From Lytechinus pictus (Eukaryota), in assembly GCF_037042905.1 (NCBI RefSeq), contig NC_087263.1, forward strand, positions 9,734,001 to 9,798,000: a stretch of DNA of 64,000 nucleotides, in the 5' to 3' direction. The notes beneath the pieces are model-generated. The model worked only from the letters and a program-made list of their open reading frames with translations, did no database searches and had not been told where the DNA came from. Shown here in pieces: positions 1-13,078 of the stretch. Positions within the stretch are counted from its first letter, which is position 1. Each line of letters opens with the position of its first letter. The position numbers were made by a program, and so were the translations under genes.

Positions 1-660
1 GAATGTGCAATTCTTATGATTAATTTACTAATTATGGGCACCAATAAATGAAATACCTTTAAAAATATAATTCAAGATTACTATTGGCGATGATAACACT
101 TTTTTGCAATTAACGATGATTAATAAAATAAAATTGAAAAAAATACACATGCCTGGAACGAAACCAGCAGTACAAGCTTTAACGAACGTCAATAATACGG
201 TATACCAAAGTCTATACAATGAAAAGATTGGACACTTCACGGACTTCGCGTAATGCCTTGCGTGGATTTGCGTGTAAAATAGTGTAGACCTGTGCCTAGT
301 CTTTCCCTTGTCGTGTCTTTGATATGAATATAAATCGCGCGCCCTCTTTAGGAGAAAATTGATATCCACGCCAACCAATTTTTATCTCCGTGAAATCTTC
401 ACTAAAGATCAAGAAAATATACATATTTTTTAAAAGAAACTTCGAGGAGAAGTCACGGAAGGATCTCAATGATTCGGTAAGTGTCATAGCAGAATGTGAA
501 ATACCAGATTATGCGTGATATTTTATGTGGGCAAAAGCCCAATATATTTTCAATGTGTCGTGTGAATATGACTGATATTCCTTCGCACGCGAGACGATAT
601 GAACCCATGGGTGGGTTGATCCCGTCTATTTCGGTCCGTGCCCCTAATAATCTACATGTA

Positions 661-2081
661 TGGTTGGGGGTCCTAAAGCTACGCGGGTCCTAAAGCTACG
701 CACCACTCATCGCGCATGCAATTCCAATGGCAAAATAAATGCACACTCTAGCTCTGTGTGTGAAGCTGTGACTGCAGAGTGACGAACGATCCCTATTCAA
801 TTTTTCTACAGAGGCTGCAATAAATCCTTGAATGCAGAGAAAACCACTCCTAGTACCAATGAGGTCCAAACATTAACATGTATGGACCTCATAGGCGACA
901 ATGCGTTAAAAACAGGTTAGAAGTCCTGCACCCAAGTATTTTTATGATATTAGTGATTATTACTCGAAAAATGCAAGCTTTGTCCTCATTTGTTTAGCAT
1001 TTATTAAAAAATTACCCATTAACTATAATCCTACTCATACTTTAAATGTTATAAAATAAAGGGAAACTTACATTTGAGTCCTTTTTCGATCTTTTCTTGG
1101 CAGTCAGTCCGGTCCCGTCGAGTGCGATCAAAGCGGTACGAAGCTGATTTTCAGATCACGTGATACGAGTAGTCATCACCTGATCGATCGACTATCCTTT
1201 TTTAAAGACCGCAACAATTATAAATTTTATTATAAAATATATATAGAATAAATCATTGCATGATATTATATATATTTCTACAATTAAAAATATTTTGTGA
1301 TATGAATTTAATATTTGACGTAAAAATCGCTATTTAGCAAAATATTTATTAAAAAATAAAAAAATCAAACAAAATAAAAACGCCTTGGACACAGTGCAAA
1401 AAACCTAACAATTTGGCCGCGTTCTTAACAACTATCGTAAGGGGCGCTCTATTTATAAATAAAAAAGAATGTACAGCTGTCTACGTGGTTTGTCGCAAGA
1501 TTTGGGACAAATCCGTGGGAATTCTTGAGAAAATACATCAAAAGAACTGGTGAGTACCGATTAAACATTATCAAAGTAGTAAATAGGTTATACATAACTT
1601 GTAGATATATATTTTAAATTGATATTGATGCTTAGTTCCAAGCTAGGGCGGCCCAAATGTGCGTGAGTGGAGTCCCAGTTTATTAACACGGGTAAGTATT
1701 GGGGTGTCGCCTAGAGTGGAGAAAACCAGCAAATGTTTGGAATTTCGGAGTTATATTCACTTTGATTTCATATTTTCCTATAATAATACGGACATATTTT
1801 AGAAATTGAGGGACAGGAAATACTATTTCTTTGCATGATAAATTGAGTGCGTAGCTTTAGGACCCCTTCTAGAAGTTCTACATCTGGCGGCGAAATTAAG
1901 AGGTGTTCGGAAAACACGGCGGGATTTTCGTATTAGTGAGTTTTGTGATATTTTCTTCTTAGTTAAGGATATTTAGAATATTTATTACAAATTAGTGAAA
2001 GGTGATTGTTCAAATATTACAATTGGCATAGTTTTTATCGTTTTGAAACAAAGTGCGTAGCTTTAGGTCCCCCCCCCATCA
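661..2081. mobile_element. Non-autonomous DNA transposon (MITE) with duplicated terminal motif and probable TA target duplication
   Basis: Left end tggttgggggtcctaaagctacgc (GGGTCCTAAAGCTACGC twice in 668-701) is mirrored by gtgcgtagctttaggaccc at ~1847 and gtgcgtagctttaggtcccccccccatca at 2053-2081. TA flanks both ends. No transposase ORF. Confidence 0.75.
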
Positions 2082-2411
2082 TACGTCCTACGACAGTCAT
2101 GTACCACGGTCTCGCCCGCTGAACTCAGCGAGGGGAGAGAACTCGTTCTCGGTAGAGTCTGGCTGTGCAAGTTTTTAATCAAACATTCACGTAAACATTA
2201 CAAAAATAAGGTCAACTGAATAAATTTACTTACACAAATGTCAATATGTGCTGTATGACAACAAGTCCGACAAAAGAAACCAATAGAAATTTCCACATCT
2301 TGAGTAAAATCTCGATATCAAATTTCTTATCGTCTTCTGCTACTGTTTTGCTTTGTCTAGATTTCGGCCAAGCCTAGCCGTAGATGGCGCTCTCTTCTTC
2401 ACACTTTCAGC

Positions 2412-2652
2412 GAATGAATGAAGTACATTTATTTCCAACGATAAAAGCATCAATACATTTTATGAACTTGAACAAACAGTGGAGGTAGCAACTCAGAAAG
2501 CTCAGCTTGTGATGAGTGAACCGTGACATAAACAATAAATACATAGTAGGCCTACACGAAAAAAACTTATCTAAATAGAGTACAATACAAAACAAGGGGG
2601 AAAAAAAGGGGGGGGGGTGCAGGGCAACTTTATACAAAATACTAGTATGTCT
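2412..2652 (-). mobile_element. 3' UTR and tail of an L2/Crack-type LINE whose RT region lies at 13079-14600
   Basis: Minus strand has the ACAAGCT..GCTTT motif also seen in the LINE 3' UTRs at 11843 and 41441, then AAATAAA and a TTCATTCATTC tail. Joining 2652 to 13079 restores the ORF2 end FKTKLKTY. Confidence 0.65.
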
Positions 2653-2882
2653 ACTTTAATTTTAGTTTACTTTACTTTTATCCAACGATGCTTGCAGGTC
2701 TGCAGGACTATGTCTGTTCATCGATCCAAGGGAATAAACAGTATGCTCCACACTATCAGTTACAATTAGTTGCATGTGGCAAGCAGGGGCCGCAGAACCG
2801 GGGGGGGGGGGGGGGCTGGGGGGTAACTTGTCAGCCCCCCACTTTTTTCCAAAACCGTGTACAAAAACGTAAAAATGACCAT

Positions 2883-3090
2883 GAGGAGGCGCGATAGCTC
2901 AGTCGGTAGAGCGGGGGACTCGTATTCCGGTGACCCGGGTTCGATTCCCACTTGGTGCGCTAGTGTCCTTTGGTAAGGCATTAATCCTCAGTACCAGGTC
3001 CTTCGGAGGGGACCTTAAGCCGTCGGTCCTCTGGTTGCTTGCTTACAAGCATTCATGCTTTCTTAGCAATCAGGTAAAAAAATCACCACC
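2883..3090 (+). mobile_element. tRNA-derived SINE (SURF-1-like)
   Basis: Pol III A box TAGCTCAGTCGG and B box GGTTCGATTCC, then a non-tRNA body and A/CAC tail. ACCAT is duplicated at 2878-2882 and 3091-3095. The MITE copies at ~5600 and ~21130 show the empty site. Confidence 0.9.
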
Positions 3091-3571
3091 ACCATATGAT
3101 TGTGATTTTTAGCATGGTCAGCCCACTTTTGGCTCAGCCCCCCCCCCACTTTGAAAACCGTTCCGCGGCCCCTGTTTAGTACGTTATTCTAGACATATTC
3201 CTGGACCTATCCTAAACAAAAATCAACAGAAATTCCCAAGTTAAACCTAATGCTCTTGGTCTAATAATGCGATTTTTAATATAGCAGTGTTTCAACATTT
3301 AAGAACAATATGTAACAATGTAAAAAAAAGCTTTAACATCTTTAACTGGAATCCATAATGGCATAATACATGGCATTAGTGATCTCAATATTCAAATGCT
3401 CATAACTTTCTTATTATTCATTTCTTCCTCAAGCTTTCAACAATATGTTTCTTTGATTTTTCTCTTTGATATGGATTCAGCTGGTTTCAAGGGTTTCATT
3501 CTCCTTTAAAGTGTCAACAATTTCCAATTGAACGTGTGCAGGGCCCACTGGGCCGGATGAACAGAGTAGAC

Positions 3572-3628
3572 GTTATTATTATTATTATTATTGTTATCAT
3601 TATTATTGTTATTATTATTATTATTATT
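3572..3628. repeat. (ATT)n microsatellite
   Basis: Direct inspection. Confidence 0.9.
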
Positions 3629-5756
3629 CAAAGATTTAAATAATTGTCTCAGAAAAGTGTTCTAAATGTTTTATTGTAAGCAAGGAATACGCCCATGTGC
3701 CTATTCAAGGCATCGCTGATCAAACAATACGTTCACACTTCCTTTTTTGTGTGGTTGAATCATTGTTCCGTCTCCAAATCATAAATTTCCCCAAATTCCC
3801 CCCCAAAAATACATCGATCTGATTTTTACACGAGGGGAATCATGCTTACAAAAATTTTCGTTGACTTTGCTCGCTTACAAAATCTTAAGAAACTTACAAA
3901 CGCTTACCTGGCCTACCTGGCCAACTTTGTTAGGAGGAGAAACTTAAAAAAAATATATATTCACCCTTAAGTAACACCAAATAGATTATATGAAAAGATT
4001 TTATTCTTATTACAACTAAGATGATAGAGATATATACAAACTTTTGTTCCGTAACTAAGCAAATACTATTTCTATCAGCCGTAAAAGCCTACTATATACT
4101 GTACAAAGTGACCTTCACAACAGCGTGGCGCCGCGGCGACTAGTCACGTGATGGAAAAAACCGTCACATGACTGTACCCGTACTTTTTATCCGAGCTGGT
4201 GAAGAGGCATATACGGAAATGAGAAAGAGATGTTAGAGAAGGGGAGAGAGAGTGAAGGAGTTGGAGGGAGAGCCCGAAATATAAAGAAATAAGCCGGGGA
4301 GAGATTATATTACCTCTTCAATCCCAATCTCTAGATATCTTTCCCTCTCGCTCTTTGCTCCTATCTCTCTCTCTCTCCATATCTCTTACTCTAATCCCTT
4401 TTCAATTTTGTATTTTTTTAATTTCTTATTTATTCATTTTAATTTAATTTAATTTAATTTTATTATCATTACGATTTATCTAATTTCATTTTTAGGTGGA
4501 TCCTCCTAAATGAGCCCATTTAATGTCCCAAATGGTCTATAATAACGACATGATGTTCAAACGATTAATCTGCACCAGTTTTAAATAAAGTTTGTAGGCT
4601 TACTGAAAAATGCACTGTACCAGACCGTGCGCGGAGATGCAGGGTCATTCGCACACATCCCGCCCCAATAGTTTTCCAATCTTTGTCAATTACCTATTTT
4701 TCAAACTAACTTTCATCATCATTTGTTATGCTTTGTTTTGTTTACATGTCCCGGATGTGTCATGACTTTTGACTGACTGTCCTTGTGTTCTCACACTGTA
4801 GCCCAGTTATAGAAACAGAACGAGTCAAATTTAATTGCAACGTACCACGCCTGATCCAATGGCAATCTGTTGTTCACACACATTTCATTGTCAATCAGTA
4901 CTTTATTTTCTTTTGTTTGGCATTTCTAATGGTTTCACAGAACTATACGTTTCTATATTCAGGCCTACTAGTTTGTGCAAGTTTGTCTATATCGTGCTTC
5001 TTTCGTATATATATATATTTTTTTCATTTTAAAGTGCATTATCACGCACAATACACGGAGAGACGGCGAAGGTTATGTTTCTAGAATGCACCGGATGTGT
5101 CTTTTTTGTCAAAGTAAAAAAAGAATTTAAATAACGTTATTATTATAGTTCACCGTTCAAACACTCTGTAAGAACTCTTTCTTCTTTTTCTTTTTTCTTC
5201 TTCTCGTTCCTTTCCTGTTTAACTTCACTTAACATGTCATCATCTCGAATACTCACAGTCGCCCCTGCCCCTGCAGGACCTTTCCCTACGGTGAAGCAGC
5301 CCTGCATGCGCCCCCTTTTAGAAGAATCCGTATTCTGATGAAGGGGGAAAACGATGTCTAATAACTATCTATAGAAATTGCTTGCTTTAGACGTAATGAG
5401 TGGTGAAAATACAATACAGAATAAAAATGTATTCTATTTATTGAATTCCTCATACATTACGGTCTTTTCATGCAAGTTGTATAGAGAAGTAATATTATTG
5501 AGAGAAATACAAGAAACGTGACAATTTATTTAATCGATTTACGGGGTGAAATATCTCATAATACCACTTTTTTCCAAAACCGTGTACAAAAACGTAAAAT
5601 TTACCACATGATTATGAATTTTAGCATGGTCAGCCCCCCACTTTTGGCTCAGCCCCCCCCCACTTTGAAAACCGTTCCGCGGCCCCTGGCAAGTAGTAGC
5701 ATGTGGCAAGTAGTTGCACGTGGCAAGTAGTTGCATGTGGCAAGATATAAAGTCCT

Positions 5757-8500
5757 TTACTCAAAGTCGTAAACAGAAGCAATATCCTTCCAGTGACTAT
5801 CAAGCCGATTCTTAAAGGTATTTACAGAAGGTGCATGCTGAAACCACATTTTCTGGTAGACTGTTCCAAGAACTAATAACTCGATTTGAAAAGAAGAACT
5901 TCCTAACATCAAGCCTTGCATACTGCTTCCCAAGTTTCTGGGAATGGCCTCTACGGTCCTCCCTTCCTTACTTCGTACAAGTAGATCTTTGCTAGTGTCA
6001 TAGATACATGCATAAACTTATAAACATCTATCATATCTCCTCTTCTACGTCTATGTAGAAGAGATGGTAGTTTCAGGTGTTGCAGTCGCTCTGAATAGGA
6101 CAAGTTCCTCAGTCCAGGGATTAGCTTGGTAGCTCTTCGCTGCACACTCTCTAGCCGTTTCCTATCACCTATTCTGAAAGGTGACCAAACTGAATGGCCA
6201 TATTCTAACAACGGTCTTATCAGACCCTTAAACATAAGCTTCACTGTTTCTTCATCCAAATTTACAAAAGATCTCCTGATTAAGCCCATCAATTTATTTG
6301 ATTTAGAGACAGCTTGTGAGATATGGTCTTTGAAGGTGAGCCGTGCATCAACTACACCCAAGTCCCTTTCTACTTGACTTTCACTAAGAATTACAGAATC
6401 ATCTTCTTTGCCCATATGATATTCAAATGCAGGCTGCATACGACCAACTTTCAGAACAGTACACTTGTCTGGGTGGAAGCGAAGTTGCCATTTCTCAGCC
6501 CAGCTTTCTAACAGTGACAGGTCATTTTTAAGCTGCTGACAAGACCCAGGTAGATCCGAGCAGGCATAAAGCTTTGTATCATCCGCAAAAAGCTTGATAT
6601 TTGATTGCACTGTATTGGGAAGATCATCAATGTATGCCAAGAACAGACAGGGACCGAGCACACTACCCTGGGGAATACCACTTGAGACTTCACACCAGTT
6701 CGACTCCTGACCATTTACATAAACACGTTGCCTTCGCCCAAGAAGAAAGGCCTTAATCCACGCATGGACATGTCCCCGAATACCATATAAGCCTCTAGCT
6801 TTGTCAGTAATCTTTGGTGTGGCACAGTATCAAAAGCCTTATGTAGATGGCATCAATTGTGCCGTCATCATCTAATCGTACTCGAGTCCATTTATCAATG
6901 ACTTCCAACAGATGTGTGGTGCATGACTTACCCACAACAAATCCATGGTGATGAGGAGTAAGAAGTGCATTTCTATAGAAATGTTCCATGAAAACTTTCC
7001 TTATAAAAAATTCAAGTACCTTACAGGAAATACATGTCAAACTAACTGGCCTATAATATTCTTACTATGACTTTTACTCCCCTTCTTAAAATGGGGGTAA
7101 CATTTGCAGATCTCCAATCTAATGGTAATTCACCTCTCTCTAAGCTTGTCTGGAATATCATAGCTAGTGGAACTGAAAGCACGTCAGCCAACTCGTGGAG
7201 TGAACGAGGATGTAACATATCAGGGCCAGGAGACCCCGCAGGAGACTTGCTTGGGTTGAGCTTCCGTAAGAGCTCTGAAACATCACTCGATGTGATTTCA
7301 AGATTTTCTAAAGCAGAATTATAGACCACAGCTGGGGGAACAGACAAGGATTCCACATCTTCCTGAGTGAACACAGAAACGAAAAAATTCTGTAAAACTT
7401 CTGCCTTTTCTTTATCCGAAGTTGTCATGTTACCATCTGGTTTGACTAGATTTGAAACAGTTTGCCTGGTGGATGCCTTAGACTTCATGTATGTCCAGAA
7501 AGGTTTAGAGTGGCGTTTTACTCCTGAGGCAATGCTCCTTTCATATTCTTTAACTGCATTCCTACATGCAAAACTCTATACGGTCCGATTCACATTTTGA
7601 GTGCTGCCCTGTGTTTCTTTCTCACACATTCCAGTGTCTTAGCATTCATCCAAGGTTTCTTTCCATTCTCCATTCTTCTATCCTTCTTTGGCGTATATCT
7701 TTCAAACAACACAAGTACATATCCTTTGAAAAAAAAAGCCACATCTCTTCCAAGGATATGCCAGAAAACTTTGACTGCCATGAAATTTTCTTTAGTTTTT
7801 CTGCCATAGAGTCATAATCTGCTCTGTTTTTGTTCTCTGTGAACTGGAATCGCCTTTACATTAAACAAGAGAGTACAGTGGTCACTCTTTCCAAAACCTG
7901 CCAAGGTCTGGATATCAGAGATCATATCCTCATCATTAGTGAAAACCAAGTCAAGTGTGTTAGAACGCTGATCAACCCTGTGTCTTGTTGGCTCATGCTG
8001 ATGTTGAATAAAATATGCATCTCTTGTACTTTCAAGAAATTTAAACGAAGAATGATCCATACTGGAGTTACAAGATTCATTTTCCCAAGAAATTTCTGGA
8101 TAATTGAAATCACCAACAAGAAGAATGTTATCAAAATCACTCATGCCAATTTCTCTAATCAACGAGCACAACTTATCATGATTGGTGTCATCACTATTTG
8201 GACTCCGGTAAAAGAATTAAGCCTATAAGAAGTATCTTTTTGTCTGAAATCCTCAACAGAGCAAAAACTGCCTCAGAAAATCCAATAGTATCAAATTGAG
8301 TATAAACATCCGGCCTTAAACTACTATGTATATACAAATATATTCCACGACCATTGTCCTCTAGACTATGGAAAACTTCATAACACCATTTATATGAATT
8401 TCACTTAACAACAAACTACAACGACTGTTTTTTGTTTAACTTCGGTAATACCTATACTGGGTTATATAACAATAAAAAGCATTAAATTCGTGTCTTTTGT
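5757..8500 (-). pseudogene. CR1 ORF2 (APE endonuclease + reverse transcriptase), frameshifted
   Basis: ORF fragments contain LVGDFNYP, TLDLVFTN, GKSDH, SPGPDMLHP, LFADDTK and LEYGHSVWSP. Confidence 0.9.
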
Positions 8501-8631
8501 TAAGAAAACTATCTACATTGGAATACATGTTAGGTCAACCGCATCAACCTTTACTTTGGACCTACTAGGTCCGGAAACTCTTGACGGTTTCCCAGCTGAG
8601 GGGGCTCGGGATTCACGATCAAGTTGTCTGA

Positions 8632-11600
8632 TTAACCTTCTGCTCCCCGATCCCTGCTCGGATTGATAACAGAACCTATGTTCACTACCCTGCCCCTCCT
8701 CCTCACCCATTTGGCATTCGTATCGCCCTCTCTGACTGACACTCCTTTTTTTTCTTCCCATTCTCTTCGCAACTTTTTTCCTCCTCCTTTTGGAGACGGA
8801 GGTGTTAGATCTTTACGCACAACAATGCGGCTGGTTTCCTCATAGTTTTTTAGCTTGCTAGCTGATTTCAGAACAACATCTCTTTCTGCAGCAGTTGATG
8901 TGCTGAACCGGAGAGGTCTTGGTTTCCTACTCGCAGACTCTCGCTTATATGGGCCAAGACGCCTGCAATCCACAATGGTGCAGTCCACCTCAATTTGAGC
9001 AAGGATTGCCTTCATTTTCTGCAGAAACTTTATTCATTGAAATTAGTGATCGTGATAACAGAAAAACTGTATTGGGAGTTGTTTACAAGCCCCCTCGCAG
9101 CAAGAGTGCTGATTTTCTAGACACTATGAATAATAATTCTACATTATCATTCTGTTCAAAACAAAAGATGTATCATAATGGGAGACTTTAACTATGACCT
9201 GTTAGCGAGTGATACTAATATTTTTGCAAATGACTTTTCAGAGACATACCTTTCTGCCTCCTTTTTGCCACTTATTTCTAGACCCACTAGAATTACTAAT
9301 ACTTCCGCAACTCTGATTGACAATTTTTTCTCCAATATACGTTCAGAATTTAAAGCTGGTATAATTATCTCAGACATGTCTGATCATTTCCCAATTTTTA
9401 TGTATTGTTCTAATCAATATCAGCCAAACAACTTTCCCGATTATGTACCTAAGAGGCGTGTATATAGTGATATAAATATATCTCGTTTGAAACAGAGTTT
9501 AGAAGAAGAAACTTGGAATGATGTATTTAGTACAGAATGTGTTGACGACTCCTACGAAACATTTATTGATATCTTCATGAGTCATGTTAATGAAAATATC
9601 CCTTTCGCAAAGCCCAAGTCCAAAAATTATAAAAGATCACCTAGATTACCTTGGATAACGAATTCAATTCTTCGTTCGATAAATAAAAGAAATTGATTAT
9701 ACTATAGATATATATCAAAACTAACTGAGAATACTCGGAGCCAATATACTAATTATAAGAATATACTAACCATGCTAACAGGGGTCATCCGTACTGCTAA
9801 AAAGGCATATTACCGTGATCAATTTAATCAATGCAAGAATGATCTTAAAAAACATGGAAATTGATCAATTCTACCATCAATAATGGACCAAAGTTTTCAA
9901 AGATAACTAAGCTTATACATAATGATTCTATTATTGAAGATAAAGTTCAGATGGCAAATATTTTCAATAATTATTTTTCACAAGTTGGATATGAGCTCTC
10001 TAGAAGTATACCAACAAATTCCCTTTCATTTCATCAATATCTGGGGGATAGAAATCAAAGTTCTATGTTTTTCTCTCCTACGAACGCACAGGAGATAATT
10101 AAAATTATATCTAGCCTAAAATTAAATACAAGTGCAGGATTTGATAACATTGATAACAACCTTCTACAGAAAACTATGAATTATATAATTGACCCTCTTA
10201 TTTATATATTCAATTTGTCATTATCATCGGGAAATATTCCCAAATCAATGAAAATTTCTAAGATAATACCAGTCTTTAAAAAGGGTGATAGTTCTTTAGC
10301 AAGTAACTACAGACACATTTCATTGCTTACAAACTTATCTAAATTTCTTGAAAAATTGGTTCACATACGAACCATATGTTTTTTTTAAAAAGCACAACAT
10401 CCTATCCGATACTCAATTTGGTTTCAGGGAAAAGGGTAGCACTTCCCATGCAATACTTTCTTTAGTTCAAACAGTTGCCAAAGCTTATGACAAGTCTTCG
10501 AATACGATTGGTTTGTTCTTAGATTTTTCAAAAGCATTCGATACAGTTGATCATAACATTCTCCTTTATAAACTTTCTCATTATGGAATAAAGAGGGCAA
10601 CCACTAAAGTGGTTCAAGAATTATCTAACCGGGCGTTCACAGTTCGTTTCACTTGATCAATGTTGATGGTAATATTTCTGAACGTAAACCTGTCCTTTGT
10701 GGAGTTCTACAAGGCAGCATTCTTGGCCCACTTTTGTTCATTACTTATATAAATGATATTGATATGTCATCAAGATTGCTTCAATTTATACTTTTTGCTG
10801 ATGACTCTAATATATTTCTGTCGCACCCCGACCCAGAGCAATCGACGCAAATATTCAATGACGAATTAAAAAATGTTTCTAATTTGATAACAGCTAACAA
10901 ACTCTCTCTTAACCTAGAAAAAACTAGCTACATGCTATTTAGCAACAAGATTACGACTGTACCAAAAGATGTAATTTTAAATGATACTGTTATTCAGAGA
11001 GTGCGATCTACTAAATTTTTGGGACTGATCATTGACGAAAACCTTTCTTGGAAAACACATATTGATAATATTTGTAAAATCATTGCTCGCAACATTGGTG
11101 TCATTAGAAAATTAAGCCACTTCCTACCCCAACATATATTGTTATTATATTCAACGTTAATTTTACCTTATCTGAATTACGGAGTTGTTGCATGGGGTAA
11201 CGCAGCGAATTCTCAAATTAATAGTCTTTTTATATTACAAAAAAGAGCGATTCGTATTATTAGTCATGCAGAATTCAGGGCACATACAAATATTCTGTTT
11301 TTGAAAAATAAAGTCTTGAAGGTTAAAGATTTATATTCTTTTCAACTCGGACAGTTAATGTACAAGTTTATCAATAAACAATGACCTTTACATAATATGT
11401 TTGTAAAAAATGATACAATTCATAAGCACTTCACTCGCCAGGCGAGTTCCTTTCATTTACCTCTGTATAGAACATCGTTTGCACAGAAGACATTTGTTTT
11501 TACTGGTCCAAAATTATGGAATGTTTTTTCAAAGGATATTATACAATGTAATTCAATACAAAATTTCAAAGGAAAACTTAAAAAATATCTTCTGAATTCA

Positions 11601-12560
11601 TACTAGATTATTGTTTTTTCACAAAGTAATGTAATTCAGAACTTAATATGTAAATGTATTTATTAATTTCTCTTTGTGTATATGTTTAATCGTTTTATGA
11701 TTTCTGTATACAGTGTATACTGAATCATTTATTTTTATTATTATTATTATTATCATAATTTTTTTTTTAAATTCAAGATATATATATATTGTTTATTTCT
11801 TTATTTTATCTTATTTTTTTATTCATAAAATGTACTTCTGAAAGGGGGCCTTCACCCTACAAGCTCTGCTTTTTAGTTGGTCTCCTTCTCTTTCGATTTC
11901 ATAGTATTATTGTATTATAGAAATGATTTAAATGTTATATTTTGTAAATATGTATTTTGAACTATCATTGTAAATGTATAAAGATTGAAAGAGAAAATAA
12001 ATGAATTGTATTTTGTCAGTGTCTTCCTGCTTCCTTGTACTGCCGTCGGCGCTATCACTCTCTGCGACGTTAAAAGCAATTGCATTCAGTTTCCTCTCAT
12101 CCCTTGCTTCCTTCTCTCTCACACACGTGTCTAATTGTTTGTCTATGTCTTGATGTTGTTTAGTTTTAACTAACTCTAGCTCAGACTGAACTTCCTCCAG
12201 TTTAGTGGTAAGTGATTCAATTTCAGACCTGTCTGCTTTTTGATCAATTTTCTCTGCCATCACTTTGAAACTATTACTAAACATTTGCATTGCCTGGTCT
12301 AACCTTTTTCAATGCTATCAAGCCTAGCTAGCTGCTGGCCATGTCAGATTATCCTTTGTCGGATAAGAAGTCTAAAAACCGGAGGTTTTTTGAGACAATC
12401 TGGACACCTCCATTGAACTTCTAGTTTACTTAGTAATTTATTTTCTCTGATCTATTGTATGGCAAGCAGCCAAAACACATTAATCCTTTACAGTCTGGGC
12501 CAATGAAGACAAGCGGCTTAGAATGACCAACACTAGCAACAGCACCTCTGCTGATGAAGG
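8632..12560 (-). pseudogene. CR1 ORF1 (coiled coil + RRM-like) split by an L2-type LINE
   Basis: ERKLNAIAFNVAES...KQEDTDK (12010-12290) continues as MKAILAQ...RRLG...PRPL...KDLT (8632-9015) when 9019-12009 and one ATTTT copy are removed. Confidence 0.8.
9019..12009 (+). mobile_element. 5'-truncated L2/Crack-type LINE (degenerate APE-RT ORF2 plus 3' UTR)
   Basis: VYKPP, MGDFN, PTRIT..SATLIDN, SDHFP, FLDFSKAFDTVDH, QGSILGP and LFADDSN motifs; AATAAATGAATTG tail; ATTTT at 9014-9018 and 12010-12014. Confidence 0.92.
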
Positions 12561-13078
12561 CATTTCTTGAAACTTTGAAATATCAGTCATATTTTCAACA
12601 TCTAACTAAACCTCAAATAACGAATTCAGTGATTAAAATAATCAGAGAAAAGAGAAGTGAAGACAAAATCAAAAGACACACTCAAATACACAACCACAAA
12701 AGTACACAACACTCCCGAACCGGATGCCACATGAATAAAAAACACTACAGGAAATTCAATACATGGGACCAGTGTAAAAAAAAAAGATGCTGCCATGTGT
12801 AATCACATCCCCATAATGGAGAGTTCAAAGCTTATGAATAAGCTAAAATCCACTGAAATTAGAATAATGACATCACCAACATAAAAAATAGTAATTTATA
12901 CCAGATATGAGAAACAACTAAAAGCATGAACCTGAGAAATCCGCCTAATACAAACCACAATCTACATGCTAAACTTTCCCACAATCCACATGCTCATTTG
13001 AAACAGAAAATAAATCGTCAAACCAATCATCCAACAATTAAATCTATAAAGCAAATTACAAAATTTAGTGACCAGACG

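Larger units (their letters stand above)
2784..5688. mobile_element. Composite non-autonomous DNA transposon with CAGGGGCCGC termini and 5-bp TSD (hAT5-like), carrying ~2.4 kb of foreign DNA
   Basis: GCAAG at 2779-2783 and 5689-5693. One left end (2784) and two right ends (3174, 5688). The family copy at 21065-23958 also has a 5-bp TSD. Confidence 0.8.
2653..13078 (-). mobile_element. CR1-clade LINE, near full length (~4.5 kb once two nested insertions are removed)
   Basis: (AAAGT)n tail at 2653-2680; 3' UTR with a 17-bp minisatellite; ORF2 with APE and RT ending in FKNRLDSHW; ORF1 split by the insertion at 9019-12009. Confidence 0.85.

Noticed and set aside
28-650. Possible MITE with GGGCAC/GTGCCC ends, and short ORFs
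   Set aside because: The inverted match is too short, there is no TSD, and the ORFs have no recognisable motifs.
2886-2960. tRNA gene
   Set aside because: A and B boxes are present, but the sequence runs into a SINE body and tail with a TSD.
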